From Acutalibacteraceae bacterium (GTDB lineage: Bacteria > Bacillota > Clostridia > Oscillospirales > Acutalibacteraceae): a stretch of DNA of 64,000 nucleotides. A program made the position numbers and the translations under genes. The DNA lies in NCBI GenBank assembly GCA_045604385.1, contig JAZUNX010000051.1:1501-65500 (forward strand). The letters are read 5' to 3'. The notes under the pieces were generated by a model. It was not told where the DNA came from. It worked only from the letters and a program-made list of their open reading frames with translations, and ran no database searches. Position 1 is the stretch's first letter. Each line of letters starts with the position of its first letter. Shown here in pieces: positions 46,140 to 53,906 of the stretch.

Positions 46140-46256
46140 AATGTATGAAAAGCCGTGCGTGACCGAAAAAACACTGCCTGTAGGGAGAAAAAATACAGGT
46201 ACCGGTCAAAGGGTAGAGAGGGAAACGTTTCTACCTTCCGTGATTGAAAAGGAGAA
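46140..46256 (+). promoter_or_regulatory. Candidate Moco/Tuco (moaA-motif) riboswitch leader of tupA
   Basis: Helices TGACCG/CGGTCA, CCTGTA/TACAGG and GGTAGA/TCTACC, then CCTTCCG...GAAAAGGAG overlapping the SD. From memory this resembles the E. coli moaA leader (GCACCUGGG..CCAGGG..CGCCUCCCG..GGAAAGG). The gene context fits. Confidence 0.55.
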
Positions 46257-46262
46257 TGAATT

Positions 46263-47126
46263 ATGAAAAAACTTCTTGCAGTATTATTCACAGCATTGAT
46301 GCTCTTCTCACTAGCTGCCTGTGGCGGCGGTGGCGGAGAGGAAACCACAGCACCCGACACTACGGTACAGGCACCTGCTAATCCCATCATCCGTATGTCA
46401 ACCACCACATCCGTAAACGATTCAGGTCTTCTTCCTTATCTTCTTCCTGTTTTTGAAAAGGCGACAGGCTACACTGTTGAAGTTCAGTCAGCAGGTACAG
46501 GTGCCGCTATCCAAAAGGCAAAGGACGGAAACGCTGACCTTATCCTCGTTCACGCAAAGGCATCAGAAGAAGAATTTATCTCTGAAGGCTACGGTGTGGA
46601 AAGAATCCCCTTTATGTATAACTACTTTGTAGTTGTAGGTCCCGAAGCAGATCCTGCCGCTATCAAAGACAGCGAAAGTGCTGCAGTGGCATTCGGCAAA
46701 ATTGCCGACACAAAGTCAACCTTCATTTCCCGCGGTGATGAAAGCGGTACACATAAGGCAGAGCTTAAAATCTGGGGCGAAAATGTTCCCGATGCAGAAA
46801 AAGATGCCTGGTATGTAAGTGCAGGTCAGGGCATGGGCGCATGTCTTACAATGGCAAGTGAAAAAGGAGCATACTGTCTTACAGATAAGGCAACCTTCCT
46901 TTCAAATAAAGACTCTCTCAATCTTGAAATCGTCCTTTCCGAGGGTGAAGATATGAAGAATACATATTCTCTTATCGAATGTAACCCCGAAAAGCTCGAC
47001 GGTGTAAACACCGAAGGCGCAAAGGCTCTTATCGAATGGATGACAGGTGACGAGGCTTCTGCTCTTATCGCTGAATACGGCAAAGAGCAGTACGGTTCAG
47101 CTCTTTTCTGTCTTATCGAAGAATAA
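46263..47126 (+). CDS. tupA: Tungstate (TupA-like) ABC transporter substrate-binding lipoprotein
   Basis: Lipobox LAAC. STTTSVNDSGLL anion-binding-type motif. Adjacent permease and ATPase. Confidence 0.7.
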   Translation: MKKLLAVLFTALMLFSLAACGGGGGEETTAPDTTVQAPANPIIRMSTTTSVNDSGLLPYLLPVFEKATGYTVEVQSAGTGAAIQKAKDGNADLILVHAKASEEEFISEGYGVERIPFMYNYFVVVGPEADPAAIKDSESAAVAFGKIADTKSTFISRGDESGTHKAELKIWGENVPDAEKDAWYVSAGQGMGACLTMASEKGAYCLTDKATFLSNKDSLNLEIVLSEGEDMKNTYSLIECNPEKLDGVNTEGAKALIEWMTGDEASALIAEYGKEQYGSALFCLIEE

Positions 47127-47129
47127 GCC

Positions 47130-47810
47130 TTGGAAAAAATAGTTGAAGCCTTTGAAATGCTTTTGAATATGGACAGGGAGCTGTTACAGATTATCGGTGT
47201 AACGCTCCGTATGTCCTTTTTCAGCACATGGATTTCCTGTCTTGTGGGTATGCCTCTTGGCGTGATTATTGCAAAAGGCAATTTTAAAGGCAAAAGGACA
47301 GTCAGAAAAATAACCGGTACTTTTATGGGCTTGCCTCCTGTGGTGGCAGGCCTGATTGTCTATCTTCTTTTCACCAAATACGGCATATTCGGCTCTTTGG
47401 GTTTACTGTTTACTGTGGAGGTTATGGTAATTGCCCAATGTATGCTTATAATTCCCGTTGTGATAAATCTTACCGAATCCATTATATCTGTTAATGTGAA
47501 ATCTCTTACGGAAACGGCAAAGGGACTGAATTTTTCCAAAAGAAAAACTTCTCTTCTTCTTCTTACGGAAAACAGGTTTTCTCTCATTTCCGTTTTGCTT
47601 ACCGCCTTTGGCAGATCTATTGCCGAGGTGGGAGCCGTTAGTCTTGTGGGCGGTAACATTCAGTGGAAAACAAGAGTTATGACAACGGCAATTATGCTCG
47701 AAACAAATAAGGGTAATTTTACCTTTGCTCTTGCATTGGGTATTGTACTTCTTTTTATTTCACTTGCTGTCAATATCCTCGCATCGCTTCTTATAAGGGA
47801 GGATAAATGA
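47130..47810 (+). CDS. tupB: Tungstate ABC transporter permease
   Basis: 226 aa, about 5 TM segments. Between tupA and tupC. Confidence 0.7.
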   Translation: MEKIVEAFEMLLNMDRELLQIIGVTLRMSFFSTWISCLVGMPLGVIIAKGNFKGKRTVRKITGTFMGLPPVVAGLIVYLLFTKYGIFGSLGLLFTVEVMVIAQCMLIIPVVINLTESIISVNVKSLTETAKGLNFSKRKTSLLLLTENRFSLISVLLTAFGRSIAEVGAVSLVGGNIQWKTRVMTTAIMLETNKGNFTFALALGIVLLFISLAVNILASLLIREDK

Positions 47811-48478
47811 TGATTGAAATTAAAAATCTTACCAAAAAATACGGTGACAGAACTGTTCTCCAAATTAATTTTCTCGAAGTAAAAAAGGGTGAAACCATTG
47901 TAGTTGTCGGACCCAACGGAAGCGGTAAAAGCACCCTTCTTAAAATCATTTCGGGAATTTTACCGAAAAGCTCAGGTGAATTTTCTGCAGACGGTGATAT
48001 ATATTATCTGCCTCAACAAAGTATACCCTTCAGAAGAACCGTGAGAAAAAATCTGATGTTTTCTGTAAAGGGTGACAGTGAAAAGGAAAACACTGTGGAA
48101 GAGATAATTTCTCTGCTCTCTCTGTCTGATTTGGCTGATAAAAATGCCGCAGGTCTTTCGGGCGGTGAGTGTCAGAGACTTGCTTTGGGAAGGGTGTTCG
48201 TTAACGAAGGCGACTTTCTTCTTTTAGACGAACCGTCGAGTGCCGCCGATATAGAAGGAACGGAAATTATAGAAAATGCAATAAATGAGTACAAGAAGAA
48301 AACGGGTTGCGGCATTCTTATGACCACCCATTCACCGTCGCAAGCAAGAAGACTTGCCGACAGAATAATTATTCTTCATAAAGGGGAAATAGCCGAGCAA
48401 GGCTCACCCGACGAGCTTTTAGTCTCACCGAAAAGTCTTTGGGGTAAAAAGTTCATTGATTCCTGGAAATTTGATTAA
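47807..48478 (+). CDS. tupC: Tungstate ABC transporter ATP-binding protein
   Basis: Walker A GPNGSGKST, signature LSGGECQRL, Walker B LLLDEP. ATGA overlap with tupB. Confidence 0.75.
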   Translation: MMIEIKNLTKKYGDRTVLQINFLEVKKGETIVVVGPNGSGKSTLLKIISGILPKSSGEFSADGDIYYLPQQSIPFRRTVRKNLMFSVKGDSEKENTVEEIISLLSLSDLADKNAAGLSGGECQRLALGRVFVNEGDFLLLDEPSSAADIEGTEIIENAINEYKKKTGCGILMTTHSPSQARRLADRIIILHKGEIAEQGSPDELLVSPKSLWGKKFIDSWKFD

Positions 48479-48493
48479 TAAGAAGGTGGAAAA

Positions 48494-49696
48494 GTGCTTA
48501 AGGTAGTTTCGAGCGGCGAAGCTCTTGAAATTATAAATGAAAAATTTGCTTCTGCAGAGTGTGAGACTGAAATTGTCGGTCTTTATGCTTCCTTGGGCAG
48601 AGTTCTTGCAGAGGACATCATTTCCCGGGAAAACATTCCTGCCTTTAACCGCTCTACCGTTGACGGCTATGCGGTAAAAGCCTCGGACACATACGGTTGC
48701 GGGGAAAGTATACCTGCACAGCTTGATATTATCGGTGAAATTCTTATGGGTGAAAGTGCAACTGTGCCCATAAAAGACGGTCAGTGCATAAAGATTTCCA
48801 CGGGCGGTATGCTCTCCGAAGGTGCGGATAGCGTGGTAATGGTGGAGCATACTGATAACAGCTTTGATTCTCTGTGTCTTATTTATAAAACAGTAAGTCC
48901 CTTTGAAAACGTTACGAGAAAGGGCGACGATATAAAAGAGGGTGAAACCGTACTTAAAAAGGGTACCGTAATTACCTCCCGTGAGACAGGTGTTCTTGCC
49001 TCACTCGGTATAAAAGAAGTATCTGTCATCCGAAAACCTCGTGTGGGGATTATATCCACAGGCGACGAAATAGTGCCTATAGAAAGTGAAATAACCCTCG
49101 GTAAAATCAGAGACGTAAACAGTCACATACTCTCTGCACTTATGAGGGAAAAGGGCTGTGAATGTAAAGAATACGGCATTATAAAGGACAGCCGTGAAGA
49201 TATATATAATACTGTAGTTGAAGCTGTAAAGGAAAATGATATTATTCTTATTTCGGGTGGCTCCTCTGCAGGGACAAGAGATATGACAGCGGATATTATA
49301 TCTTCCCTCGGTGAGGTCTATGTTCACGGAATAGCCGTAAAACCGGGCAAGCCTACCATCATTGGCAAAATTGACGGCAAGGCTGTTTTCGGTCTGCCGG
49401 GACATCCTGCGGCAAGCTATTTTGTCTGTCTTCGGTTTATCATTCCTCTTGTTGACAGCCTTCTTTGCCGAAAGACAAAGGAAAGAAAGGTCAAGGCAAG
49501 GCTTTTACAGAATATATCCTCAAATCACGGCAGAGAAGAAATTGTCTGTGTTAGGCTTACCGATGAGGGCGCAAAGCCTGTTTTCGGAAAAAGCGGTGTA
49601 ATATCTCTCCTTTCGGATAGTGACGGATATATCATTATTGACCGCAACCGTGAAGGGGTAAAATACGGAGAAACAGTAGAAATACATTTGTTTTAA
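48494..49696 (+). CDS. moeA: Molybdopterin molybdenum/tungsten-transferase MoeA
   Basis: GTG start with GAAGGTGGA RBS. MoeA motifs (STGGMLSEGAD, ISGGSSAGTRD, GLPGHP). Confidence 0.85.
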   Translation: MLKVVSSGEALEIINEKFASAECETEIVGLYASLGRVLAEDIISRENIPAFNRSTVDGYAVKASDTYGCGESIPAQLDIIGEILMGESATVPIKDGQCIKISTGGMLSEGADSVVMVEHTDNSFDSLCLIYKTVSPFENVTRKGDDIKEGETVLKKGTVITSRETGVLASLGIKEVSVIRKPRVGIISTGDEIVPIESEITLGKIRDVNSHILSALMREKGCECKEYGIIKDSREDIYNTVVEAVKENDIILISGGSSAGTRDMTADIISSLGEVYVHGIAVKPGKPTIIGKIDGKAVFGLPGHPAASYFVCLRFIIPLVDSLLCRKTKERKVKARLLQNISSNHGREEIVCVRLTDEGAKPVFGKSGVISLLSDSDGYIIIDRNREGVKYGETVEIHLF

Positions 49697-49706
49697 GAGG
49701 TAGAAA

Positions 49707-51584
49707 ATGCGACATAATTATCTTGACAATACGCCATTGGAAAAGGCAAAGGAAGAATATCTTCTTTATCTTGACAAGGCTTCCTTTAAGCATATTACAG
49801 AAAAAATACCTTCCTGTGAAAGTGCGGGAAGAATACTTACGAAGGCTGTTTATGCGGCTATTTGCTCACCTCACTATAATGCGAGCGCTATGGACGGTAT
49901 CGCCGTAAGGGCAAAGGACACCTACGGAGCGAGTGAAAACTGTCCCGTTATCCTTTCTGCAGAGCAGTACACCGTTGTAGATACAGGCGACCCGATACCC
50001 GACGAATTTGATTCAGTCATAATGGTTGAAGATGTAACAGAGTTTGAAGACGGTAAGGTAAGCATCCTTTCTGCTCATCACCCTTGGCAGAATATCCGTC
50101 AGGTGGGTGAGGATATATGTATGGGGGATATGATTGCCCCTTCATACACAAAGATAACCCCTTCCCTTTGCGGTGCATTTTTAGCAGGCGGAGTTCTTGA
50201 AGTCGATGTAATAAAAAAGCCTGTCGTGGGCATTATTCCCACAGGTGACGAAATAGTATCACCTAAAGCTAACCCTGAAAAGGGCGAAATAATTGAGTTT
50301 AACTCTGCAATTTTCTCCTCAATGCTTCATCAGTGGGGTGCAGAGACGAAGATATATGACATAGTAAAGGATAAAAAAGAACTCCTTAAAAGTGCTGTGG
50401 AAAAGGGCGTAAAGGAGTGTGACATTGTTCTCGTACTTGCAGGCTCCTCTGCAGGCAGAGACGATTACACGAGTACAATTATATCTTCCCTCGGTCAGGT
50501 CATTTTCCACGGAATAGCTGTAAAACCCGGTAAGCCTGCAGTTTTAGGCTGTGTGGGTAATGTTCCTCTGGTGGGACTTCCCGGTTATCCAGTTTCAGCC
50601 ATAGTCATAATGGATGAGATTGTTAAAGAGCTTGTCAGTATGTGGTATAAGAAAAATGATGAAAACCACGCCACCATAAAAGCCGTTCTCGGTAAAAGAG
50701 TGGTTTCTTCTCTCAAATATCAGGAGTATGTCCGTGTTACTCTCGGTAAGGTCGGTGATACTCTTGCGGCGGTGCCACTCGGCAGAGGTGCAGGCGTAAT
50801 TACAAGCTTTACAAAGGCTGACGGCATACTCGTTGTTCCCCAAAACAGCGAAGGCTTTGAGATAGGTGATGAGGTTGAAATAAGACTTCTCAAGGATTTG
50901 TCACAGATTAACTCTTCTCTTATTATAACGGGAAGTCACGATCCGCTTATCGACGAGCTTTGCGATATGATTAAAAAGCAGGATCCGTCATTCTCCGTCA
51001 CTTCAAGTCATGTAGGCAGTATGGGTGCAATAACCGCCATTAAAAACGGTCAGGCACATTTAGGCTGTATACATCTGCTTGACACGGAAACAGGAGAATA
51101 CAACGAAAGCTATGTAAACAAATACTTCCCCGACGGCGGAGTGAAGCTCGTTAAGGGTGTGGGCAGAGTTCAGGGTCTTATGGTGAAAAAGGGTAATCCT
51201 TTAAGCATAAAAACCTTTGCCGATATAGTAAAGGGCAGATATGTCAACCGACAGGCAGGCTCGGGGACGAGAATTCTTTGCGACTATCTTATTAATAAAA
51301 ACGGAATGGCTAAAACTGCCATTGACGGCTATCGCAACGAAGAGTTTACCCATACAGCCGTAGCGGCACTTATTTCTGCAGGAAATGCAGATTGCGGTCT
51401 CGGTATTTATTCGGCGGCGAAAATGTATGGCCTTGACTTCATAGAGATTTGTATTGAAGAGTATGACATTCTCATTGACGAAAAGGCTTATGAAACACCG
51501 CAGGTACAAAAATTCCTTGAAGTGCTTAAAAGTGAAGAATTCAAAGAAAGACTTATACAGCTGGGAGGTTATACAGTTGGCTGA
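49707..51584 (+). CDS. MoeA fused to a C-terminal periplasmic-binding-protein-like (molybdate/tungstate-binding type) domain
   Basis: N-terminal 400 aa collinear with MoeA (LAGSSAGRDD, GLPGYP). About 220 additional aa with a PBP-like pattern (GSHD...GSMG...RQAGSGTR). Confidence 0.8.
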   Translation: MRHNYLDNTPLEKAKEEYLLYLDKASFKHITEKIPSCESAGRILTKAVYAAICSPHYNASAMDGIAVRAKDTYGASENCPVILSAEQYTVVDTGDPIPDEFDSVIMVEDVTEFEDGKVSILSAHHPWQNIRQVGEDICMGDMIAPSYTKITPSLCGAFLAGGVLEVDVIKKPVVGIIPTGDEIVSPKANPEKGEIIEFNSAIFSSMLHQWGAETKIYDIVKDKKELLKSAVEKGVKECDIVLVLAGSSAGRDDYTSTIISSLGQVIFHGIAVKPGKPAVLGCVGNVPLVGLPGYPVSAIVIMDEIVKELVSMWYKKNDENHATIKAVLGKRVVSSLKYQEYVRVTLGKVGDTLAAVPLGRGAGVITSFTKADGILVVPQNSEGFEIGDEVEIRLLKDLSQINSSLIITGSHDPLIDELCDMIKKQDPSFSVTSSHVGSMGAITAIKNGQAHLGCIHLLDTETGEYNESYVNKYFPDGGVKLVKGVGRVQGLMVKKGNPLSIKTFADIVKGRYVNRQAGSGTRILCDYLINKNGMAKTAIDGYRNEEFTHTAVAALISAGNADCGLGIYSAAKMYGLDFIEICIEEYDILIDEKAYETPQVQKFLEVLKSEEFKERLIQLGGYTVG

Positions 51585-52047
51585 TTTAACTCATCTCAAT
51601 AAAAACGGTGAGGCGATAATGGTTGACGTGGGTGAGAAAAGCATCACACAGAGAAAAGCCAAAGCCTTCGCAAAAGTAAAAATGGAAAAAGAAACTCTTC
51701 AAAGTCTTCTTGCATCTGACCTAAAAAAGGGTGATGGTCTTGCAACGGCAAGAATAGCGGGTATTATGGCGGCAAAACGCACCTGGGAGCTTATTCCGCT
51801 TTGCCATAACATTCCCATTGAGGGTGTGGAGATAACCTTTGATAATAACGGTGAAGACGAATTATATATTTATTCTGTTGCGAAATGCTCCTATAAGACG
51901 GGCATTGAGATGGAGGCACTTACTGCTGTTTCCGTTGCGGCGCTTACGGTCTATGATATGTGCAAAGCAATAGACAGAAAAATGGAAATAAGGGAAGTAA
52001 AGCTAATGGCAAAAACAGGCGGAAAGAGCGATTTTAAAAATGATTGA
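51577..52047 (+). CDS. moaC: Cyclic pyranopterin monophosphate synthase MoaC
   Basis: TTG start after GGGAGG, overlapping the moeA stop. LTHLNKNGEAIMVDVGEK... and IPLCHNIP motifs. Confidence 0.85.
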   Translation: MADLTHLNKNGEAIMVDVGEKSITQRKAKAFAKVKMEKETLQSLLASDLKKGDGLATARIAGIMAAKRTWELIPLCHNIPIEGVEITFDNNGEDELYIYSVAKCSYKTGIEMEALTAVSVAALTVYDMCKAIDRKMEIREVKLMAKTGGKSDFKND

Positions 52048-52990
52048 TAACTATGGCAGAGAGATTAATTATCTGCGTGTTTCCGTGACGAAAAGGTGCA
52101 ATCTTAACTGTACCTATTGTGGAGCGCAGAACGAAAAAGAGAATAATGAACTCACCCCCGACGAAATCGAAAAAATCGTAAAAGCCTTTGCTTTGTGCGG
52201 CATAAATAAGGTGCGACTTACGGGCGGAGAGCCTTTGGTGAGAAAGGATATATGCCACATAGCCGAAAGGATAAGCCGTATCGAGGGCATAAAAAAATTA
52301 GCCCTTACCACCAACGGCATAAGGCTTAAGGAATGTGCCGAAGACCTGAAAAAGGCAGGCGTAACGGCGGTGAATATCAGCCTTGACACTACGGACAAAG
52401 ACCGTTTCAAAGCCATAACAGGCTACGATGGACTCACTAAAGTTTTTGAGGGCATTGACGAGTGCGAGAGGGTAGGTCTGTCTCCCCTGAGGATTAACGC
52501 AGTTCTTATAAGAGGGCAGAATGACGGTGACGCAGAAAGTCTTATAAAAATCGCAAAAGACAGAAAAATTGATGTACGCTTCATCGAGCTTATGCCTTTT
52601 TCCGATGAGGGCGACAATGAAAATCTTGTTATAAAGAGTGATGAAATTTTAAAAAAATTTCCCTTCCTTAAACCTGTCACATCAAAAGGCACTGCCTTTG
52701 AAAAAAGTGTGGCTAGATATTACGAAAGCGAAGGCTTTAAGGGCAGGATAGGCTTCATAACCCCCATTAGCGACAAATTCTGCAGTGAGTGTAACCGCAT
52801 AAGACTTCTTTCCGACGGTAATGTCAAGGTCTGTCTCGGTTCTGATGAGGTTATTGACCTGAAGCCTTATCTTGCCGATGAAAAACTACTGGAAGAAACT
52901 GTTAGAAAAGCCATTCTCTCAAAGCCTATGGAGCATAAATTTTCCTGTGGCTACGGTGCATCTCACGGACTTAATAAAATAGGAGGATGA
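52040..52990 (+). CDS. moaA: GTP 3',8-cyclase MoaA (radical SAM)
   Basis: YLRVSVTKRCNLNCTYC (CxxxCxxC). C-terminal CxxC..C cluster (CSECNRIR). 316 aa. Confidence 0.9.
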   Translation: MIDNYGREINYLRVSVTKRCNLNCTYCGAQNEKENNELTPDEIEKIVKAFALCGINKVRLTGGEPLVRKDICHIAERISRIEGIKKLALTTNGIRLKECAEDLKKAGVTAVNISLDTTDKDRFKAITGYDGLTKVFEGIDECERVGLSPLRINAVLIRGQNDGDAESLIKIAKDRKIDVRFIELMPFSDEGDNENLVIKSDEILKKFPFLKPVTSKGTAFEKSVARYYESEGFKGRIGFITPISDKFCSECNRIRLLSDGNVKVCLGSDEVIDLKPYLADEKLLEETVRKAILSKPMEHKFSCGYGASHGLNKIGG

Positions 52991-52993
52991 AAT

Positions 52994-53431
52994 ATGAAAG
53001 GTAAAGTTTTATCAATTAACATAAGCGAAAAGAAAGGCACACCCAAAACGAAAATCAATCCAGGTGTGCTAATAGAAGATTTCGGCTTTGAGGGTGACGC
53101 CCATGCAGGCAAATGGCACAGGCAGGTAAGCCTTCTTGCCAAAGAGAGCATTGAAAAATCAAAAGGTCTTCCCACCGACGGACTTTGTCACGGTGTTTTC
53201 GCTGAAAACATCACCACCGAGGGCATTGAGCTTTTCACAATCCCTGTAGGTACGCTTCTTCAGGTAGGGGAGTGTGTTATCGAAATTTCACAGATAGGAA
53301 AAGAGTGTCATGATGGCTGTGCCATAAAGAAGCTGGTCGGTCAGTGCGTTATGCCGAGAGAAGGAATTTTCGCCAAGGTAATAAAAGGCGGCAAGGTTTA
53401 TGACGGTGACGAGATAAGTGTGATTGAATAA
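52994..53431 (+). CDS. MOSC domain protein
   Basis: 145 aa. GFEGDAHAGKWHRQVSLL pattern typical of MOSC/YiiM-like proteins. Last gene of the operon. Confidence 0.7.
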   Translation: MKGKVLSINISEKKGTPKTKINPGVLIEDFGFEGDAHAGKWHRQVSLLAKESIEKSKGLPTDGLCHGVFAENITTEGIELFTIPVGTLLQVGECVIEISQIGKECHDGCAIKKLVGQCVMPREGIFAKVIKGGKVYDGDEISVIE

Positions 53432-53471
53432 AATGAGAGACGGACGCCGTGAGGTGTCCGTCTTGGTGATA

Positions 53472-53514
53472 TAAAAAACAAAGAAAGCAAAAACCGTTAA
53501 GTAGATGCTTTCTT
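53472..53514 (-). terminator. Rho-independent terminator of tRNA-Leu
   Basis: Minus strand reads AAGAAAGC ... GCTTTCTT followed by TGTTTTTT. Confidence 0.6.
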
Positions 53515-53516
53515 CT

Positions 53517-53603
53517 TGGTGCAGACGATGGGACTTGAACCCACATGAAATTGCTTTCACTAGTACCTGAAACTAGCGCGTCTGCCAATTCCGCCACATC
53601 TGC
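53517..53603 (-). tRNA. tRNA-Leu (anticodon CAG), CCA encoded
   Basis: Hand-folded cloverleaf. Acceptor GCAGATG/CGTCTGC. Anticodon stem CTAGT/ACTAG with loop TTCAGGT. Long variable arm. T arm GTGGG-TTCAAGT-CCCAT. 3' ACCA. Confidence 0.9.
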
Positions 53604-53866
53604 ATTTAATGAATTTGTACTATTTAGTCAGAGAGTGCGGGACACTTGCGGTGACCAAAATCGCTTTTCGGCTTGGAGCGCCGAGCGATTTTGACCGCTG
53701 CGCCATTTCACACTCCCTTTACCGTCCACAGGACGCGGTCGTGTTCAATGCTGCCAATTCCGCCACATCTGCAAAAAAGTATGCTCTTAATTTTTATACG
53801 GCAAGAGCGAGCCGAAACGGAGCATTTCGCTTAACCCGTGATGTCGGTTGCAGCACCAACAGGCAA
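53604..53866 (-). ncRNA. Candidate structured leader/ncRNA transcribed ahead of tRNA-Leu, containing a 23-nt copy of the tRNA 5' end
   Basis: Lies between a strong promoter (53868-53896) and the tRNA. GC-rich compared with other intergenic DNA. Nested helices are listed in the findings. Two G.U pairs exist only on the minus strand. Confidence 0.35.
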
Positions 53867-53867
53867 T

Positions 53868-53896
53868 ATTTTAGCACACAACTGTTTTTAAGTCAA
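53868..53896 (-). promoter_or_regulatory. Strong sigma-A promoter (extended -10) upstream of the leader and tRNA-Leu
   Basis: Minus strand reads TTGACT, 17 nt spacer, TAAAAT, with TGc immediately upstream of the -10. Confidence 0.55.
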
Positions 53897-53906
53897 GTCT
53901 TTTCCG

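Noticed and set aside
46079-46408. 109-aa minus-strand ORF spanning the tupA leader and start.
   Set aside because: It overlaps the riboswitch-like leader and the tupA signal peptide in antisense, and it contains a poly-Pro run produced by the antisense of the GGCGGCGGTGGCGG lipoprotein linker.
53517-53773. Duplicated tRNA fragment as the attachment-site scar of an integrated mobile element.
   Set aside because: - The duplicated part is the 5' end of the tRNA, whereas integrases usually duplicate the 3' part.
- The two copies are only about 145 nt apart.
- No integrase, excisionase or phage/ICE gene is anywhere nearby.

I kept it as an RNA-structure or rearrangement observation instead.
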